Positions 21,038 to 31,529 of a stretch of DNA of 64,000 nucleotides are shown here, piece after piece. Both the position numbers and the translations under genes were made by a program. A model generated the notes under the pieces. That model was not told the origin of the DNA, ran no database searches, and saw only the letters and a program-made list of their open reading frames with translations. Position 1 is the first letter of the stretch. Every line of letters starts with the position of its first letter. Origin of the DNA: Desulfobacterales bacterium (GTDB lineage Bacteria; Desulfobacterota; Desulfobacteria; Desulfobacterales; UBA5852). The stretch spans positions 2,240,001 to 2,304,000 of the forward strand of contig CAXXVS010000002.1 of assembly GCA_963674755.2 (NCBI GenBank), in the 5' to 3' direction.

Positions 21038-22798
21038 ATGAAAACAATTGATGAAAAAATTCCCAACCCCGCGGAAATCGAAAAAGAGATCAGTGAATTC
21101 CTCTCCAAGCGCTTCGGCAGCCATGTCAAAATTGTCAGCCCCATGATGGTGACCGACCCGGATGACGTGGACCGGGCGGGCAAAAAGGTCCATGGTACGG
21201 CCGGCATCAATTTCGACCTCAAGCCCGAGGATCTGATCGCCTATCTGGATCGCTACATCGTTCGTCAGGACACGGCCAAGGCCATCCTGGCCACCAAGAT
21301 CTGCACCCATTTCAATCGCATCAAACGCCAGCGCCAGAGCGGCGCGCCCGCCCGGGACATGGTGGGCCGCATTAAAAACAACGTGCTGCTGATCGGCCCC
21401 ACCGGCGTCGGCAAAACCTATATCGTGAAGCTGATCGCCCAGCACATCGGGGTGCCCTTCGTCAAGGGGGATGCCACCAAGTTCAGTGAAACCGGCTACG
21501 TGGGCGGCGATGTGGAAGATCTCGTGCGCGATCTGGTGCGCGAAGCCGGCGACGATATCGAGCTGGCCCAGCACGGCATCATCTATATCGATGAAATCGA
21601 CAAGATCGCCGGCTCCCGCAACATGATCGGCGCGGATGTCTCACGGTCCGGGGTCCAGCGGGCCCTGCTCAAACCCATGGAAGAAACCGAGGTGGACCTC
21701 AAGGTGCCCCACGACCCGGTCTCCATGATCCAGGAGATCGAAAACTTCCGCAAGACCGGCCAGAAGGAAAAACGCACCGTCAACACGGGCAACATCCTGT
21801 TCATCATGAGTGGCGCCTTCAACGAGCTGGACGCCATCATCCGCAACCGCGTTGCCAAGCAGGGCATCGGATTCGGAGCCCCTCTCAAAAAGGGTGGTCC
21901 CGAGCCGGCCATGCTCCAGCAGGTCAAATCGGAAGACCTGATCGCCTTCGGCTTCGAATCCGAATTCGTGGGCCGTCTGCCGGTGCGGGCCGTTTTGGAG
22001 CCCCTGGACGAAAACGATCTCTACGAAATCCTCAAAAACCCCAGCAACCCTATCATCCTCGGCAAAAAATTTGATTTCGACGCCTACGGCATCGACATCA
22101 AATTCGACGATCAGGCCCTGCGGCTGCTGGCCCGGGCGGCCAGTGCCGAAAATACCGGGGCCCGGGGCTTGGTGAGCGCCATCGAAGGGGCGCTCCTGCT
22201 CTACGAAACCCGCCTGCCGTCCACCAACCTGCGCCGCTTCCCGGTCACGGCGGAGGTCATCAGCGATCCTCGGATCTCCCTGAACGCCATGCTGACAGCG
22301 GACCGGGCTGAAATCGAGCATACTTTCAGGCGCCTGTCAGAACAGGAAAAAGAAAGCATCAAGACCTATATCCGCAACAACCGCCACATCCTGGCGGACC
22401 GCTACAACCTGACCTTGACCCCCTCGCGGCTGGATACCCTGGCCCGTTTCTACGTCAACCATATCCTCGACATCGGCCAGGTCTTCCAACAGATACGCGC
22501 CCGCTATGACGACATCAAAGACATCGAGCTGGCCTTCTACAAGCGCAACGACATCAACATCGTGCTCGAGGAGGACGCTATTGACTTCATCATGGAGCAA
22601 ATTGTAGATAAGGCGGTCACGCTCGATGAAATCGCCCGGCAGCTGAATGAAAGCTTTGAGCTGGGGTTGAAGCTGGTGCTGGAGAAAACCGGCAAAAACC
22701 GCTTTTTCGTCAACCGGGAGGCCCTGGAAAACCCGGAATCCTACATCAGCGGCCTGATCCGTAACGGCCTGAAAACCCCGTCGCTGCCATCCAAATGA
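21038..22798 (+). CDS. ClpX-like AAA+ ATPase lacking the N-terminal zinc finger, with C-terminal extension
   Basis: GPTGVGKT, DATKFSETGYVGGDVE, IYIDEIDK, DVSRSGVQRALLK, GIGFG loop, EFVGRLP, GARGL. Confidence 0.85.
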   Translation: MKTIDEKIPNPAEIEKEISEFLSKRFGSHVKIVSPMMVTDPDDVDRAGKKVHGTAGINFDLKPEDLIAYLDRYIVRQDTAKAILATKICTHFNRIKRQRQSGAPARDMVGRIKNNVLLIGPTGVGKTYIVKLIAQHIGVPFVKGDATKFSETGYVGGDVEDLVRDLVREAGDDIELAQHGIIYIDEIDKIAGSRNMIGADVSRSGVQRALLKPMEETEVDLKVPHDPVSMIQEIENFRKTGQKEKRTVNTGNILFIMSGAFNELDAIIRNRVAKQGIGFGAPLKKGGPEPAMLQQVKSEDLIAFGFESEFVGRLPVRAVLEPLDENDLYEILKNPSNPIILGKKFDFDAYGIDIKFDDQALRLLARAASAENTGARGLVSAIEGALLLYETRLPSTNLRRFPVTAEVISDPRISLNAMLTADRAEIEHTFRRLSEQEKESIKTYIRNNRHILADRYNLTLTPSRLDTLARFYVNHILDIGQVFQQIRARYDDIKDIELAFYKRNDINIVLEEDAIDFIMEQIVDKAVTLDEIARQLNESFELGLKLVLEKTGKNRFFVNREALENPESYISGLIRNGLKTPSLPSK

Positions 22799-22825
22799 CC
22801 GTCCAATCGAAAGGTTTGTCGTTTA

Positions 22826-24013
22826 ATGATCGGTATTTCCAAACTCTATTGCGGCACTGTTGAGCCCTCCGATGCCCTGCGCTACGGGCGGCACTCGGGC
22901 CAATTGCCCTCGCATCTTCTGCAATTCTCGAAGGATAAAAAACCCGTGGTGGTCTGGAACATCACCCGCCGCTGCAACCTCAAATGCGTGCACTGCTATG
23001 CCCAGGCCAAAAACCAGGCCTTTGACAACGAACTGACCACCGAGGAGGGCAAAACCCTGATCGATGACCTGGCGGCCTTCGGCTCGCCGGTCATGCTGTT
23101 TTCGGGCGGCGAACCCCTGATGCGGCCGGATCTGCCCGAATTGGCGGAATACGCCGTCAGCAAAGGCATGCGGGCGGTCATTTCCACCAACGGCACCCTG
23201 ATTACGCCCGAGATGGCCCGCACCCTCAAGGCGATCGGCCTGTCCTATGTGGGCATCAGCCTGGATGGCATGGAGACGATCCACGACCGCTTCCGGGCGG
23301 TCAAGGGTTGCTTCCAGGACGCCCTGGAGGGCATCCGCAATACCCAGGCGGCCGGCATCAAGGTGGGTCTGCGCTTCACCATCAACAAGTTCAACGTGGA
23401 TGAAATTCCGGCCATCTTCGATTTGCTCGAGGAAATGGACATCCCCCGGGTGTGCTTCTACCACCTGGTCTATGCCGGGCGGGGCTCCAAACTGGTGGAA
23501 GACGACCTCTCCCACGAGGAAACCCGCCGGGTGGTGGACCTGATCATCGACCGCACCAAGGATCTCCACGACCGCGGCAAACCCAAGGAAGTCCTGACGG
23601 TGGACAACCATGCCGACGGCCCCTACCTCTACCTGCGGATGCAGCGGGAAGACCCGGAACGGGCCAGGGAAGTCCTCGAGTTGCTCCAGATGAACGAGGG
23701 CAACAACTCGGGACGCGGCATCGGCTGCGTGAGCTGGGACGGCGAAGTCTATGCCGATCAGTTCTGGCGGCATTACAGTTTCGGCAACGTCAAGGAGCGG
23801 CCCTTCTCGCAGATCTGGACCGATATGTCCGATCCCCTGATGAAAAAGCTCAAAGACAAGAAGCAATACGTCACCGGCCGCTGCGCATCCTGCAACTGGC
23901 TGGATGTCTGCGGCGGCAATTTCCGGGTGCGGGCCGAGGCCACCACCGACGATGTCTGGGCCCCGGATCCGGCCTGCTACCTGACGGACGAAGAGATCAG
24001 CCAGACGCTGTAG
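22826..24013 (+). CDS. ahbC: Radical SAM 12,18-didecarboxysiroheme deacetylase (Fe-coproporphyrin synthase)
   Basis: MIGISKLYCG start, CNLKCVHCY, LTVDNHADG, SPASM-type C-terminal cysteines; clustered with hemB and ahbD. Confidence 0.9.
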   Translation: MIGISKLYCGTVEPSDALRYGRHSGQLPSHLLQFSKDKKPVVVWNITRRCNLKCVHCYAQAKNQAFDNELTTEEGKTLIDDLAAFGSPVMLFSGGEPLMRPDLPELAEYAVSKGMRAVISTNGTLITPEMARTLKAIGLSYVGISLDGMETIHDRFRAVKGCFQDALEGIRNTQAAGIKVGLRFTINKFNVDEIPAIFDLLEEMDIPRVCFYHLVYAGRGSKLVEDDLSHEETRRVVDLIIDRTKDLHDRGKPKEVLTVDNHADGPYLYLRMQREDPERAREVLELLQMNEGNNSGRGIGCVSWDGEVYADQFWRHYSFGNVKERPFSQIWTDMSDPLMKKLKDKKQYVTGRCASCNWLDVCGGNFRVRAEATTDDVWAPDPACYLTDEEISQTL

Positions 24014-24105
24014 GAATTGTGTGCGTTATCGTTCACGTATCACAAACGCACTTGGAAGCAAATTCAGAAAGCTGAAGTGCCGTTTTGTTTTCCGGTGTTG
24101 ATCCC

Positions 24106-24293
24106 CTTTGTCCCGCGCCGAGCATCGGCGCGGCGGACGGATTAAAGCGCGCGGACTGTCTGAGTCCCGCCGTAGCTTTAGCGTAGGCGGGGCGAGTTTC
24201 CGCGTGCTCCGGCCGACGCGACGACGCGCAGGATTAAGCGGGATACGGGCGTCTTCTTTTGGTTCGTTTTCTTCCACGCGGAAGAAAATGAAC
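24106..24293 (+). repeat. Intergenic structured repeat family A, copy 1
   Basis: Collinear with 25696-25889: CTTTGTCCCGCGCCGAGCATCGGCG ... GGCGAGTTTCCGCGTGCTCCGG ... TTTTGGTTCGTTTTCTT ... AAGAAAATG. Confidence 0.85.
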
Positions 24294-24369
24294 AAATAAA
24301 ATATCGTAAGATCTTTTGAAAACGACCTGCGAGGCCTTGTTCTTATAATTTTCGATCAAAATAGTTTTG

Positions 24370-24540
24370 AGTGTCTTTCCAGAAGTGGTAGATTTTGGTT
24401 CAAGCCAAGGCCGCAACAAATTGGGTACCGACGGCGTAGCCGTATGAGCGATAGCGTTGATTAGAAAGGCTACAGCGAGGATTCCCAAGAAGCGAGAACG
24501 CCGGCCGGGGCTGGAAGATGCTATTTCTGGACGAACACTA
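24370..24540. mobile_element. MITE-like inverted-repeat element family B, copy 1
   Basis: Ends AGTGTCTTTCCAGAAGT / ATTTCTGGACGAACACTA; internal GATTTTGGTT, GGCCGCA, GGCGTA and GAGAACG shared with the copies at 31530 and 34403. Confidence 0.7.
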
Positions 24541-24581
24541 TTCAACTTGTTCGCGCCTCATCACCCCAAGGGAGCCTGACC

Positions 24582-25556
24582 ATGCTATTCCCCGAATACC
24601 GCCCGCGCCGCATGCGCCGCAACGAAGCCCTGCGCCGCATGATCCGCGAAACCGAACTGTCCCCCAGCGATTTTATCCTGCCCCTGTTCGCCGTGGAGGG
24701 CAAAGATGTCCGCAACCCGATCCCCTCCATGCCCGGGCACTATCAGCAGTCCCTCGACCACCTGGTTAAAAGCGTGCAGGAAGCGGCCGCCCAGCATATC
24801 CCGGCCGTCATCCTCTTCGGACTGCCGGACCGCAAAGATCCCCTCGGCACCCGGGCCTATGCCAAGGACGGCATCGTGCAGAAGGCGGTGCGCGCCGTCA
24901 AGGAGCGCGTGCCCGAGATGATCGTGATCACCGACGTGTGCCTGTGCCAGTACACCGACCACGGCCACTGCGGCATGCTGGACGGTGGCGAGATCGACAA
25001 CGACGCCTCCCTGGACCTGCTGGCCCGCACGGCCTTGTCCCACGCCCAGGCCGGGGCCGACATGGTGGCGCCCTCGGACATGATGGACGGCCGGGTGGCC
25101 GAAATCCGCGCCCTGTTGGACGACAACAGCTTCAGCCAGATCCCCATCATGGCCTACTCCGCCAAATACTGTTCCTCCTTCTATGGCCCTTTCCGTGAGG
25201 CGGCCGACTCGGCCCCCCAGTTCGGCGACCGGCGCAGCTACCAGATGGACCCGGCCAACGCCCAAGAGGCCATTCGGGAGGCCACCATGGACGTGGAGGA
25301 AGGTGCCGACATCATCATGGTCAAACCGGCCCTGCCCTATCTGGATGTCATCTGCCGCCTGCGGGACGAACTCGACCTGCCCATCGCCGCCTACAGCGTC
25401 AGCGGCGAGTTCTCCATGATCAAGGCCGCCGCCCAGGCCGGTTGGATCGACGAAGAAAAAGTGATGATGGAAACCCTGACGGCCATCAAACGGGCCGGCG
25501 CCGGCATGATCCTGACCTATTTTGCGGTGAAGGCGGCCAAGCTGCTGAATCGGTAA
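24582..25556 (+). CDS. hemB: Porphobilinogen synthase
   Basis: RPRRMR, DVCLCQYTDHGHCG, APSDMMDGRV, FYGPFREA, MVKPA. Confidence 0.97.
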   Translation: MLFPEYRPRRMRRNEALRRMIRETELSPSDFILPLFAVEGKDVRNPIPSMPGHYQQSLDHLVKSVQEAAAQHIPAVILFGLPDRKDPLGTRAYAKDGIVQKAVRAVKERVPEMIVITDVCLCQYTDHGHCGMLDGGEIDNDASLDLLARTALSHAQAGADMVAPSDMMDGRVAEIRALLDDNSFSQIPIMAYSAKYCSSFYGPFREAADSAPQFGDRRSYQMDPANAQEAIREATMDVEEGADIIMVKPALPYLDVICRLRDELDLPIAAYSVSGEFSMIKAAAQAGWIDEEKVMMETLTAIKRAGAGMILTYFAVKAAKLLNR

Positions 25557-25695
25557 GACTGAGAAGGATCCAGGGTGTCCTGGGGTCAAGGATTCAAGTG
25601 GCGCGATGAGCACCTCTCCTCTTGTAGAATTGCCCCTTAGGGGCCAATACAATCGTAGAGATTAAAACCGCGTTCTGTATTTTTGGTTTGAATCT

Positions 25696-25889
25696 CTTTG
25701 TCCCGCGCCGAGCATCGGCGGTGTGACCGGAAAATAGCGCGCGGACTTGTTTGAGTCTGACGTAGCCTTGGCGCAGGCGGGCGAGTTTCCGCGTGCTCCG
25801 GTCACAGTGACAACGCGCAGGGGAGCGCGCCGCGCCGCAGGGCACGGGCGTTTTCTTTTGGTTCGTTTTCTTTCACGTGAAAGAAAATG
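25696..25889 (+). repeat. Intergenic structured repeat family A, copy 2
   Basis: Collinear with 24106-24293; a 5' stub also occurs at 55316-55338. Confidence 0.85.
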
Positions 25890-25985
25890 GATTAAAATTA
25901 CGGGATGTTACGATGCAACAACACCTTTTCCAACTTACCATCACAGGTGAACGATAGTCGATCAGATATCAAAGGGAAAACCATT

Positions 25986-27113
25986 ATGACGCATGCACAC
26001 GCCGGCGGGCATCCGGGGGGCCACCCCCACGGGGCGCCGTCCGACCTTAAAAAAGATCCCCGGGAATTCCCCCTGCGGCTGGTGGCCTGGGAAACCACCC
26101 GGGCCTGCAACCTGGCCTGTCAGCACTGCCGGGCCGCTGCCGCCGACCAAGTTTACGAAGGCGAACTCGACACCGCGGCCGCCTTCCGGCTCCTGGATCA
26201 AATCGCCGAGGTGGGGCAACCCATCGTCATCCTCACGGGCGGCGAGCCCCTTTTGCGGAAAGATATTTTCGACATCGCCCGCTACGGCACGGACAAGGGC
26301 CTGCGCATGGTGATGGCGCCCAACGGTACCCTCATCACGCCGGAGTATGCCCGGCGCATGGTGGATTCCGGCATCCAGCGCATCAGCGTCAGCCTGGACG
26401 GCGCCACCCGGGAAAAGCACGACAGCTTCCGCGGGGTTCCGGGAGCGTTCGACGGCGCCCTGCGGGGCATCGAATACGCGAAATCCGTAGGGCTGGAATT
26501 CCAGATCAATACCACCATCTCCAAACTCAATCTGGATCAGATCCCCAAGATCCAGGCGTTGGCCGTGGAACTGGGGGCCGTAGCCCACCACATTTTCCTG
26601 CTGGTGCCCACCGGACGGGGCAAATACATCATCGACCAGGAGATATCGGCGCGGGAATACGAGGAAACCCTCAACTGGTTCTACGACCAGCGCGGCAAGA
26701 CGCCCCTGCAGCTCAAGGCCACCTGTGCCCCCCACTACTACCGCATCCTGCGCCAGCGGGCCCGGGAGGAAGGCCAGTCCGTGACCTTCGACTCCCATGG
26801 GCTGGACGCGGTGACCCGGGGCTGCCTGGGCGGCACCGGCTTCTGCTTCATTTCCCACCGGGGGGTGGTGCAGCCCTGCGGATTCCTCCAGGTGGACAGC
26901 GGCAATGTCACCGAAACCTCCTTCGCCGAGATCTGGCGCGGCTCCAAGGTTTTTCTTGCACTCCGCAATTATGATGATTTAAAAGGAAAGTGCGGCGAGT
27001 GTGAATACAAGCGGGTTTGCGGCGGCTGCCGGGCCCGGGCTTTCGAGGCCAGCGGCGATTTTATGGCCGAAGAGCCGCTGTGCAGCTACCAGCCAGCGCC
27101 CCGACGCAAATAG
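25986..27113 (+). CDS. ahbD: Radical SAM heme b synthase
   Basis: LVAWETTRACNLACQHCRA, FLLVPTGRG, KATCAPHYYR, RGCLGG, CGGCRARA. Confidence 0.92.
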   Translation: MTHAHAGGHPGGHPHGAPSDLKKDPREFPLRLVAWETTRACNLACQHCRAAAADQVYEGELDTAAAFRLLDQIAEVGQPIVILTGGEPLLRKDIFDIARYGTDKGLRMVMAPNGTLITPEYARRMVDSGIQRISVSLDGATREKHDSFRGVPGAFDGALRGIEYAKSVGLEFQINTTISKLNLDQIPKIQALAVELGAVAHHIFLLVPTGRGKYIIDQEISAREYEETLNWFYDQRGKTPLQLKATCAPHYYRILRQRAREEGQSVTFDSHGLDAVTRGCLGGTGFCFISHRGVVQPCGFLQVDSGNVTETSFAEIWRGSKVFLALRNYDDLKGKCGECEYKRVCGGCRARAFEASGDFMAEEPLCSYQPAPRRK

Positions 27114-27210
27114 CCCGACGGGGCGCCCCTCCTGAGATACCGGGTTGGCGGTAAGCAGCCTTTGCGCCACCGCCGCCAATCAACCCCCATCCAACCGGTC
27201 GAGGTGTATC

Positions 27211-27816
27211 ATGAAAATCGAAGAGCTCATGATCAGGGACCCGATTACCATTTCAGAAAACACCACCATCAGCGAGGCCATTGCCTGCATGAAGACCAAC
27301 TCCATCCGGCATCTGCCGGTGGTGGCCGAAGACGATACCCTGCGGGGCTTCGTCACCCTGGCCGATCTGAAGCAGGGGCTCATCCCCTCCATGGTGGGCG
27401 ATCTGTCCCTGAAGGACCTCATGATCAAAAAGCCCATCACCGTGGCCGCCGACCGTGACATCGAAATTGCCGCCCAGTTGATCTACAAGCACAAGATCGG
27501 CGGGCTGCCCGTGGTGGCGGACGGCAAGCTGGTGGGCATCATCACGGTGACGGATCTCCTGGGGGCCTTCATCAACATGATGGGCCTGTTGTCGGCCAGT
27601 TCGCGGGTGGATGTGGCTCTGGAAGACGGCCCCAAGGAACTCAAACGGGCCATCCAGGTGGTCAACGACGCCGGAGGAGATATCATCAACATCGCCATGA
27701 CGGCCCAGACGCCGGCCCAGCGGGTCTACTATTTCCGGCTGGCGGTCTGCGATACCCGCATCATCCGCCGGGCCTTGGAAAAGGCGGGTTTCCAGGTACT
27801 GGCCACCATGGACTAG
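27211..27816 (+). CDS. CBS-pair + ACT-like domain protein (AcuB-like)
   Basis: IRHLPVV and IGGLPVV...GIITVTD CBS motifs; C-terminal ACT-like segment. Confidence 0.85.
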   Translation: MKIEELMIRDPITISENTTISEAIACMKTNSIRHLPVVAEDDTLRGFVTLADLKQGLIPSMVGDLSLKDLMIKKPITVAADRDIEIAAQLIYKHKIGGLPVVADGKLVGIITVTDLLGAFINMMGLLSASSRVDVALEDGPKELKRAIQVVNDAGGDIINIAMTAQTPAQRVYYFRLAVCDTRIIRRALEKAGFQVLATMD

Positions 27817-27969
27817 AAGCAAGCTCAAAAACACGAAGAATTGCCGATCCAAATGAAGTGAATCCCCTCGTGTTCTTCGTGACCTTCGTGGTGCGTGCTG
27901 TTAGATTGGAAGCAACTTCAACTTTCCAGACCGCCGCACGCTCTAATGGCGGTTATGCGCTGAAACAGG

Positions 27970-28992
27970 CTACCCCCCGTAATACTCCCGATACCATTCG
28001 ATAAACCGGCCGATACCCGTCTCGATGGACGTGCTGGGCTGGAAGCCGGCATCCCGCACGAGGTCGTCCACATCGGCATAGGTGGCGGGCACGTCGCCCT
28101 GCTGCAAGGGCAGCATGGTCTTCCGGGCTTCCTTCCCCAGGGCCGCTTCGATGGCACCGATAAAGTCCATCAGCTGCACCGGGTTGTTGTTGCCGATGTT
28201 GTAGATCCGGTAGGGGGCGTAGGACGTCCCGGGATCGGGACGGTCCCCGCGCCAGGCCTCGTTGGGCACTGCCGGCCGGGCCATGACGCGCACCACCCCT
28301 TCCACGATATCGTCGATATAGGTAAAATCCCGCTGCATCTGACCGTGGTTGAAGACCTGGATGGGGCGGTCCTCCAGAATGGCCTTGGTGAACAGGAAAA
28401 GGGCCATGTCCGGACGTCCCCAGGGACCGTAGACCGTAAAAAAGCGCAGCCCCGTGCAGGGCAGGCCGAAGAGGTGGCTGTAGGTGTGGGCCATGAGTTC
28501 GTTGGCCTTTTTGGAGGCCGCGTACAGGGACACCGGGTGATCCACGTTGTCATGCACGGAGAAGGGCAATTTGGTGTTGGCCCCGTAGACCGAGCTGGAG
28601 GAGGCGAACACCAGGTGGCCCGTGGCATGATGACGGCAGCATTCCAGAAGATTGACGAAGCCCACGATGTTGGCGTCCACATAGGCGTGGGGATTTTTAA
28701 GGGAATAGCGCACGCCGGCCTGGGCCGCCAGGTTGACCACCACGTCAAAGGGTTTGCGGCTAAAAAGGTTGTCCATCGCGGCACGGTCGGCCAGATCGAT
28801 TTGCGCAAAGGTAAACCCCTCCCGGGCTTCCAGCTGTTTCAGGCGGTCGCGCTTCAGGTTGACGTCGTAGTAGTCGTTGAGGTTGTCCAGTCCCACCACC
28901 TGGACGCCGTTATCCAGCAGGCGCCGGGACAGGTGAAACCCGATGAAGCCGGCCGCTCCCGTAACGAGGACATGGTTGAAGGAATCGGTCAT
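27970..28992 (-). CDS. NAD-dependent epimerase, UDP-glucuronate 4-epimerase family
   Basis: [37 protein letters not shown]. Confidence 0.92.
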   Translation of the reverse strand: MTDSFNHVLVTGAAGFIGFHLSRRLLDNGVQVVGLDNLNDYYDVNLKRDRLKQLEAREGFTFAQIDLADRAAMDNLFSRKPFDVVVNLAAQAGVRYSLKNPHAYVDANIVGFVNLLECCRHHATGHLVFASSSSVYGANTKLPFSVHDNVDHPVSLYAASKKANELMAHTYSHLFGLPCTGLRFFTVYGPWGRPDMALFLFTKAILEDRPIQVFNHGQMQRDFTYIDDIVEGVVRVMARPAVPNEAWRGDRPDPGTSYAPYRIYNIGNNNPVQLMDFIGAIEAALGKEARKTMLPLQQGDVPATYADVDDLVRDAGFQPSTSIETGIGRFIEWYREYYGG

Positions 28993-29024
28993 GAAGATCT
29001 CCTGTTGATGATCGTGGTTAGGGC

Positions 29025-29969
29025 CTATCGGCCCAGATACCAGTCATAGGTGCGCGCCAAACCCTCTTCGAAGCCCACTTCCGGGGCAAAACCCAGGTGC
29101 TGGCGGGCGGCCTCGATGGCGGCCACGGAATGCAAGATATCGCCCTCACGGGCCGCCTGGTATTCGGGTGCCAGGGCGATGCCGGCCAGCGCCGCCACGC
29201 TCTGCCACAGGCGGTTGACCGTGATCGTATGGCCCGTGCCGATGTTGAAGACCTGCCCCGCCGCATCCGTTTCCGTGGCCGCTTTCAAATTGGCGGCAAC
29301 GACATCCTGGACGTAGACGAAATCACGGGTCTGCTCGCCATCGCCGTAGATGGACGGTGCCCGGCCGGCCACGGCCCGGTCCATGAAAATGGAGATCACC
29401 CCCGAGTAGGGCGAGGAAGGATCCTGGCGCGGCCCGAAGACGTTGAAATAGCGCAAACAAACTGTTTCCAGCCCGTAAAGGGCGCCATAGAGGCCGGCAT
29501 AATATTCGCCGACCATTTTCTGGATGGCGTAAGGGCTAAGCGGCCGCAGCGTCATCTCTTCGCGCTTGGGCAGTTGCGGGTCGTCGCCGTAGACCGCGCT
29601 GGAACTGGCCAGCACCACCCGCCGGCAGCCGGCCTGCCGGGCGGTCTCCAGCACCGCCAGGGTGCCCATCTCGTTGACCTCGGCCGACGCCAGGGGCTGG
29701 GCCACGGAAAGGGGCACCGACACCACGGCGGCCTGGTGGAAGACCACCTCCACCCCGCCCATCAATTTCTTCAGCAAGTCACGGTCCCGGATATCGCCCT
29801 CATGGAAATCGAGTCCGGGACCAGTCCCTTGCAGATTTTCCCTGCGGCCGGTGGACAGGTTGTCGATCACGGTCACCCGGGCCCCCTGGCCGATAAGAGC
29901 CTCCACCAGATGGGAGCCGATGAATCCGGCTCCTCCGGTCACCAGGGCATGCGTAATGGGTTTTGTCAT
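29025..29969 (-). CDS. NAD-dependent nucleotide-sugar 4-epimerase (extended SDR)
   Basis: [38 protein letters not shown]. Confidence 0.9.
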   Translation of the reverse strand: MTKPITHALVTGGAGFIGSHLVEALIGQGARVTVIDNLSTGRRENLQGTGPGLDFHEGDIRDRDLLKKLMGGVEVVFHQAAVVSVPLSVAQPLASAEVNEMGTLAVLETARQAGCRRVVLASSSAVYGDDPQLPKREEMTLRPLSPYAIQKMVGEYYAGLYGALYGLETVCLRYFNVFGPRQDPSSPYSGVISIFMDRAVAGRAPSIYGDGEQTRDFVYVQDVVAANLKAATETDAAGQVFNIGTGHTITVNRLWQSVAALAGIALAPEYQAAREGDILHSVAAIEAARQHLGFAPEVGFEEGLARTYDWYLGR

Positions 29970-30263
29970 GGATGTTCTCACTGAATGGCGTTAGGTTCAG
30001 AAACCATAGAAGCGTATCGGGTAGCACGATTACGCCCAATTGGCAACTCAGGGATTCCGCCGCAGCGGCCGCCGGAGGACCGTCTCGTGATGGATTGACA
30101 CGGATCGGTTAGCGGCCTGTTAATCATCATCCCGCCCACCCTCCTGCGAGCCGTCTTGGGCTTGACTTTCGTTGCGAGTATTCCTACGCTTCTTGAGGAG
30201 TGAACGGTACCCGTTTTCATTCGTGCAAACCCTCGGACCGTTATCAACAGAGAATTCCAAGTT

Positions 30264-30497
30264 ATGGCATTCCACATTACGATCAAGCTGTTCGCCACCC
30301 TGCGGCCCTACGCGCCGGCCGACGCGGATCACTATGCCGTGGCGCCCGGCACCACCGTGGCCGATGTGGTGCGGAAGCTCGATATCCCGGTCAAAGATGC
30401 CAAGCTGATTTTTATCAATAACATCCGCCGGGAACTGGACACCCCCCTCCAGGACGGCGACCGGCTTGGCATCTTCCCCCCCGTAGGGGGCGGCTGA
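30264..30497 (+). CDS. MoaD/ThiS family sulfur-carrier (ubiquitin-like) protein
   Basis: IKLFATLR start; C-terminal LQDGDRLGIFPPVGGG. Confidence 0.9.
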   Translation: MAFHITIKLFATLRPYAPADADHYAVAPGTTVADVVRKLDIPVKDAKLIFINNIRRELDTPLQDGDRLGIFPPVGGG

Positions 30498-30502
30498 CCG
30501 CC

Positions 30503-31360
30503 ATGCCGGATCTGCGCGCACACCTCGCCCGGGAAGCCACAGACCGCCGCCGACCGGACGGCACGATCTATCGCAGCCTGTCCACCGCAGCCGCGGGCCG
30601 GCTGGCCGGCGAGCTGAAGGCCGCCCTGCGTCACATCGAACGGACGGCCCTTGGAATGGGCATCCTTCCCGAGCGCTATGCCCGCAACATGACCACTTTA
30701 AGTCTGGAAGATCAGCAGCGCCTGCTGGGCTGTACAGCCTGCATCGTGGGCGTCGGCGGATTGGGCGGGCATGTCGCCGAAATCCTGGCCCGGCTCGGTG
30801 TGGGGCGGCTGCGGCTGGTGGACGGCGACCGCTTCGAAGACAGCAACCTCAACCGCCAGCGCTTTGCCGATATGGCAAGCCTGGGACAATCCAAGGTGGC
30901 CGCCGCCCGGGAACAAATCGCCGCCATCAACCCGGCGCTGGAGGTGGTCACGCTGGCCGAACGCCTTACGACCGACAACTGGCCGGCCCTCCTGGGAGAT
31001 GCGGATATCGCCCTGGATTGTCTCGACACCCTGCAGGCCCGCCGCGACTTGCAGGCCGCCTGCCGGAAGGCGAAGATCCCCATGGTGTCTGCGGCCGTGG
31101 CCGGCGTGAGTGGCCAGATCGCCGTAATCCATCCGCAGGACCAGGGACTGGCCGCGCTCTACGGCGATCTCGCCGCCGCACCCGACCGTGGTGCGGAAAC
31201 GACCCTCGGCAACCTGCCCTACGCCGTCACCATGTTGGCCAGCCTGGAATGCAGCGAGGCGGTAAAAACCCTTCTGGGAAGAGATTCCACCCTGCACGGC
31301 GGCCTGCTGATCTTCGATCTGGAGGATTTATCTTTCGAGGTCATCCGGTTGGAAGGATAA
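30503..31360 (+). CDS. ThiF/MoeB/HesA family adenylyltransferase
   Basis: RYARN, VGVGGLG, VDGDRFEDSNLNRQ, SKV, DCLD. Confidence 0.9.
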   Translation: MPDLRAHLAREATDRRRPDGTIYRSLSTAAAGRLAGELKAALRHIERTALGMGILPERYARNMTTLSLEDQQRLLGCTACIVGVGGLGGHVAEILARLGVGRLRLVDGDRFEDSNLNRQRFADMASLGQSKVAAAREQIAAINPALEVVTLAERLTTDNWPALLGDADIALDCLDTLQARRDLQAACRKAKIPMVSAAVAGVSGQIAVIHPQDQGLAALYGDLAAAPDRGAETTLGNLPYAVTMLASLECSEAVKTLLGRDSTLHGGLLIFDLEDLSFEVIRLEG

Positions 31361-31365
31361 GTCAA

Positions 31366-31508
31366 CGGTTTCGTAAAACGTTCGATATCGGCGTTACGCA
31401 TTCCCCACCTCACTGCGCCGAATAATTAGATACGCACCCTTCAGGTTTCTCATTAGCGGGCATTTCTCAGGAATTGCAAACCTTGATCTCGAACGTTTTA
31501 CGAAACCG
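31366..31508. repeat. Inverted-repeat element family C, copy 1
   Basis: CGGTTTCGTAAAACGTTCGA ... TCGAACGTTTTACGAAACCG perfect 20-bp terminal IR; related to 48450-48573. Confidence 0.75.
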
Positions 31509-31529
31509 CCTAATTTGAGATAAGTTATC

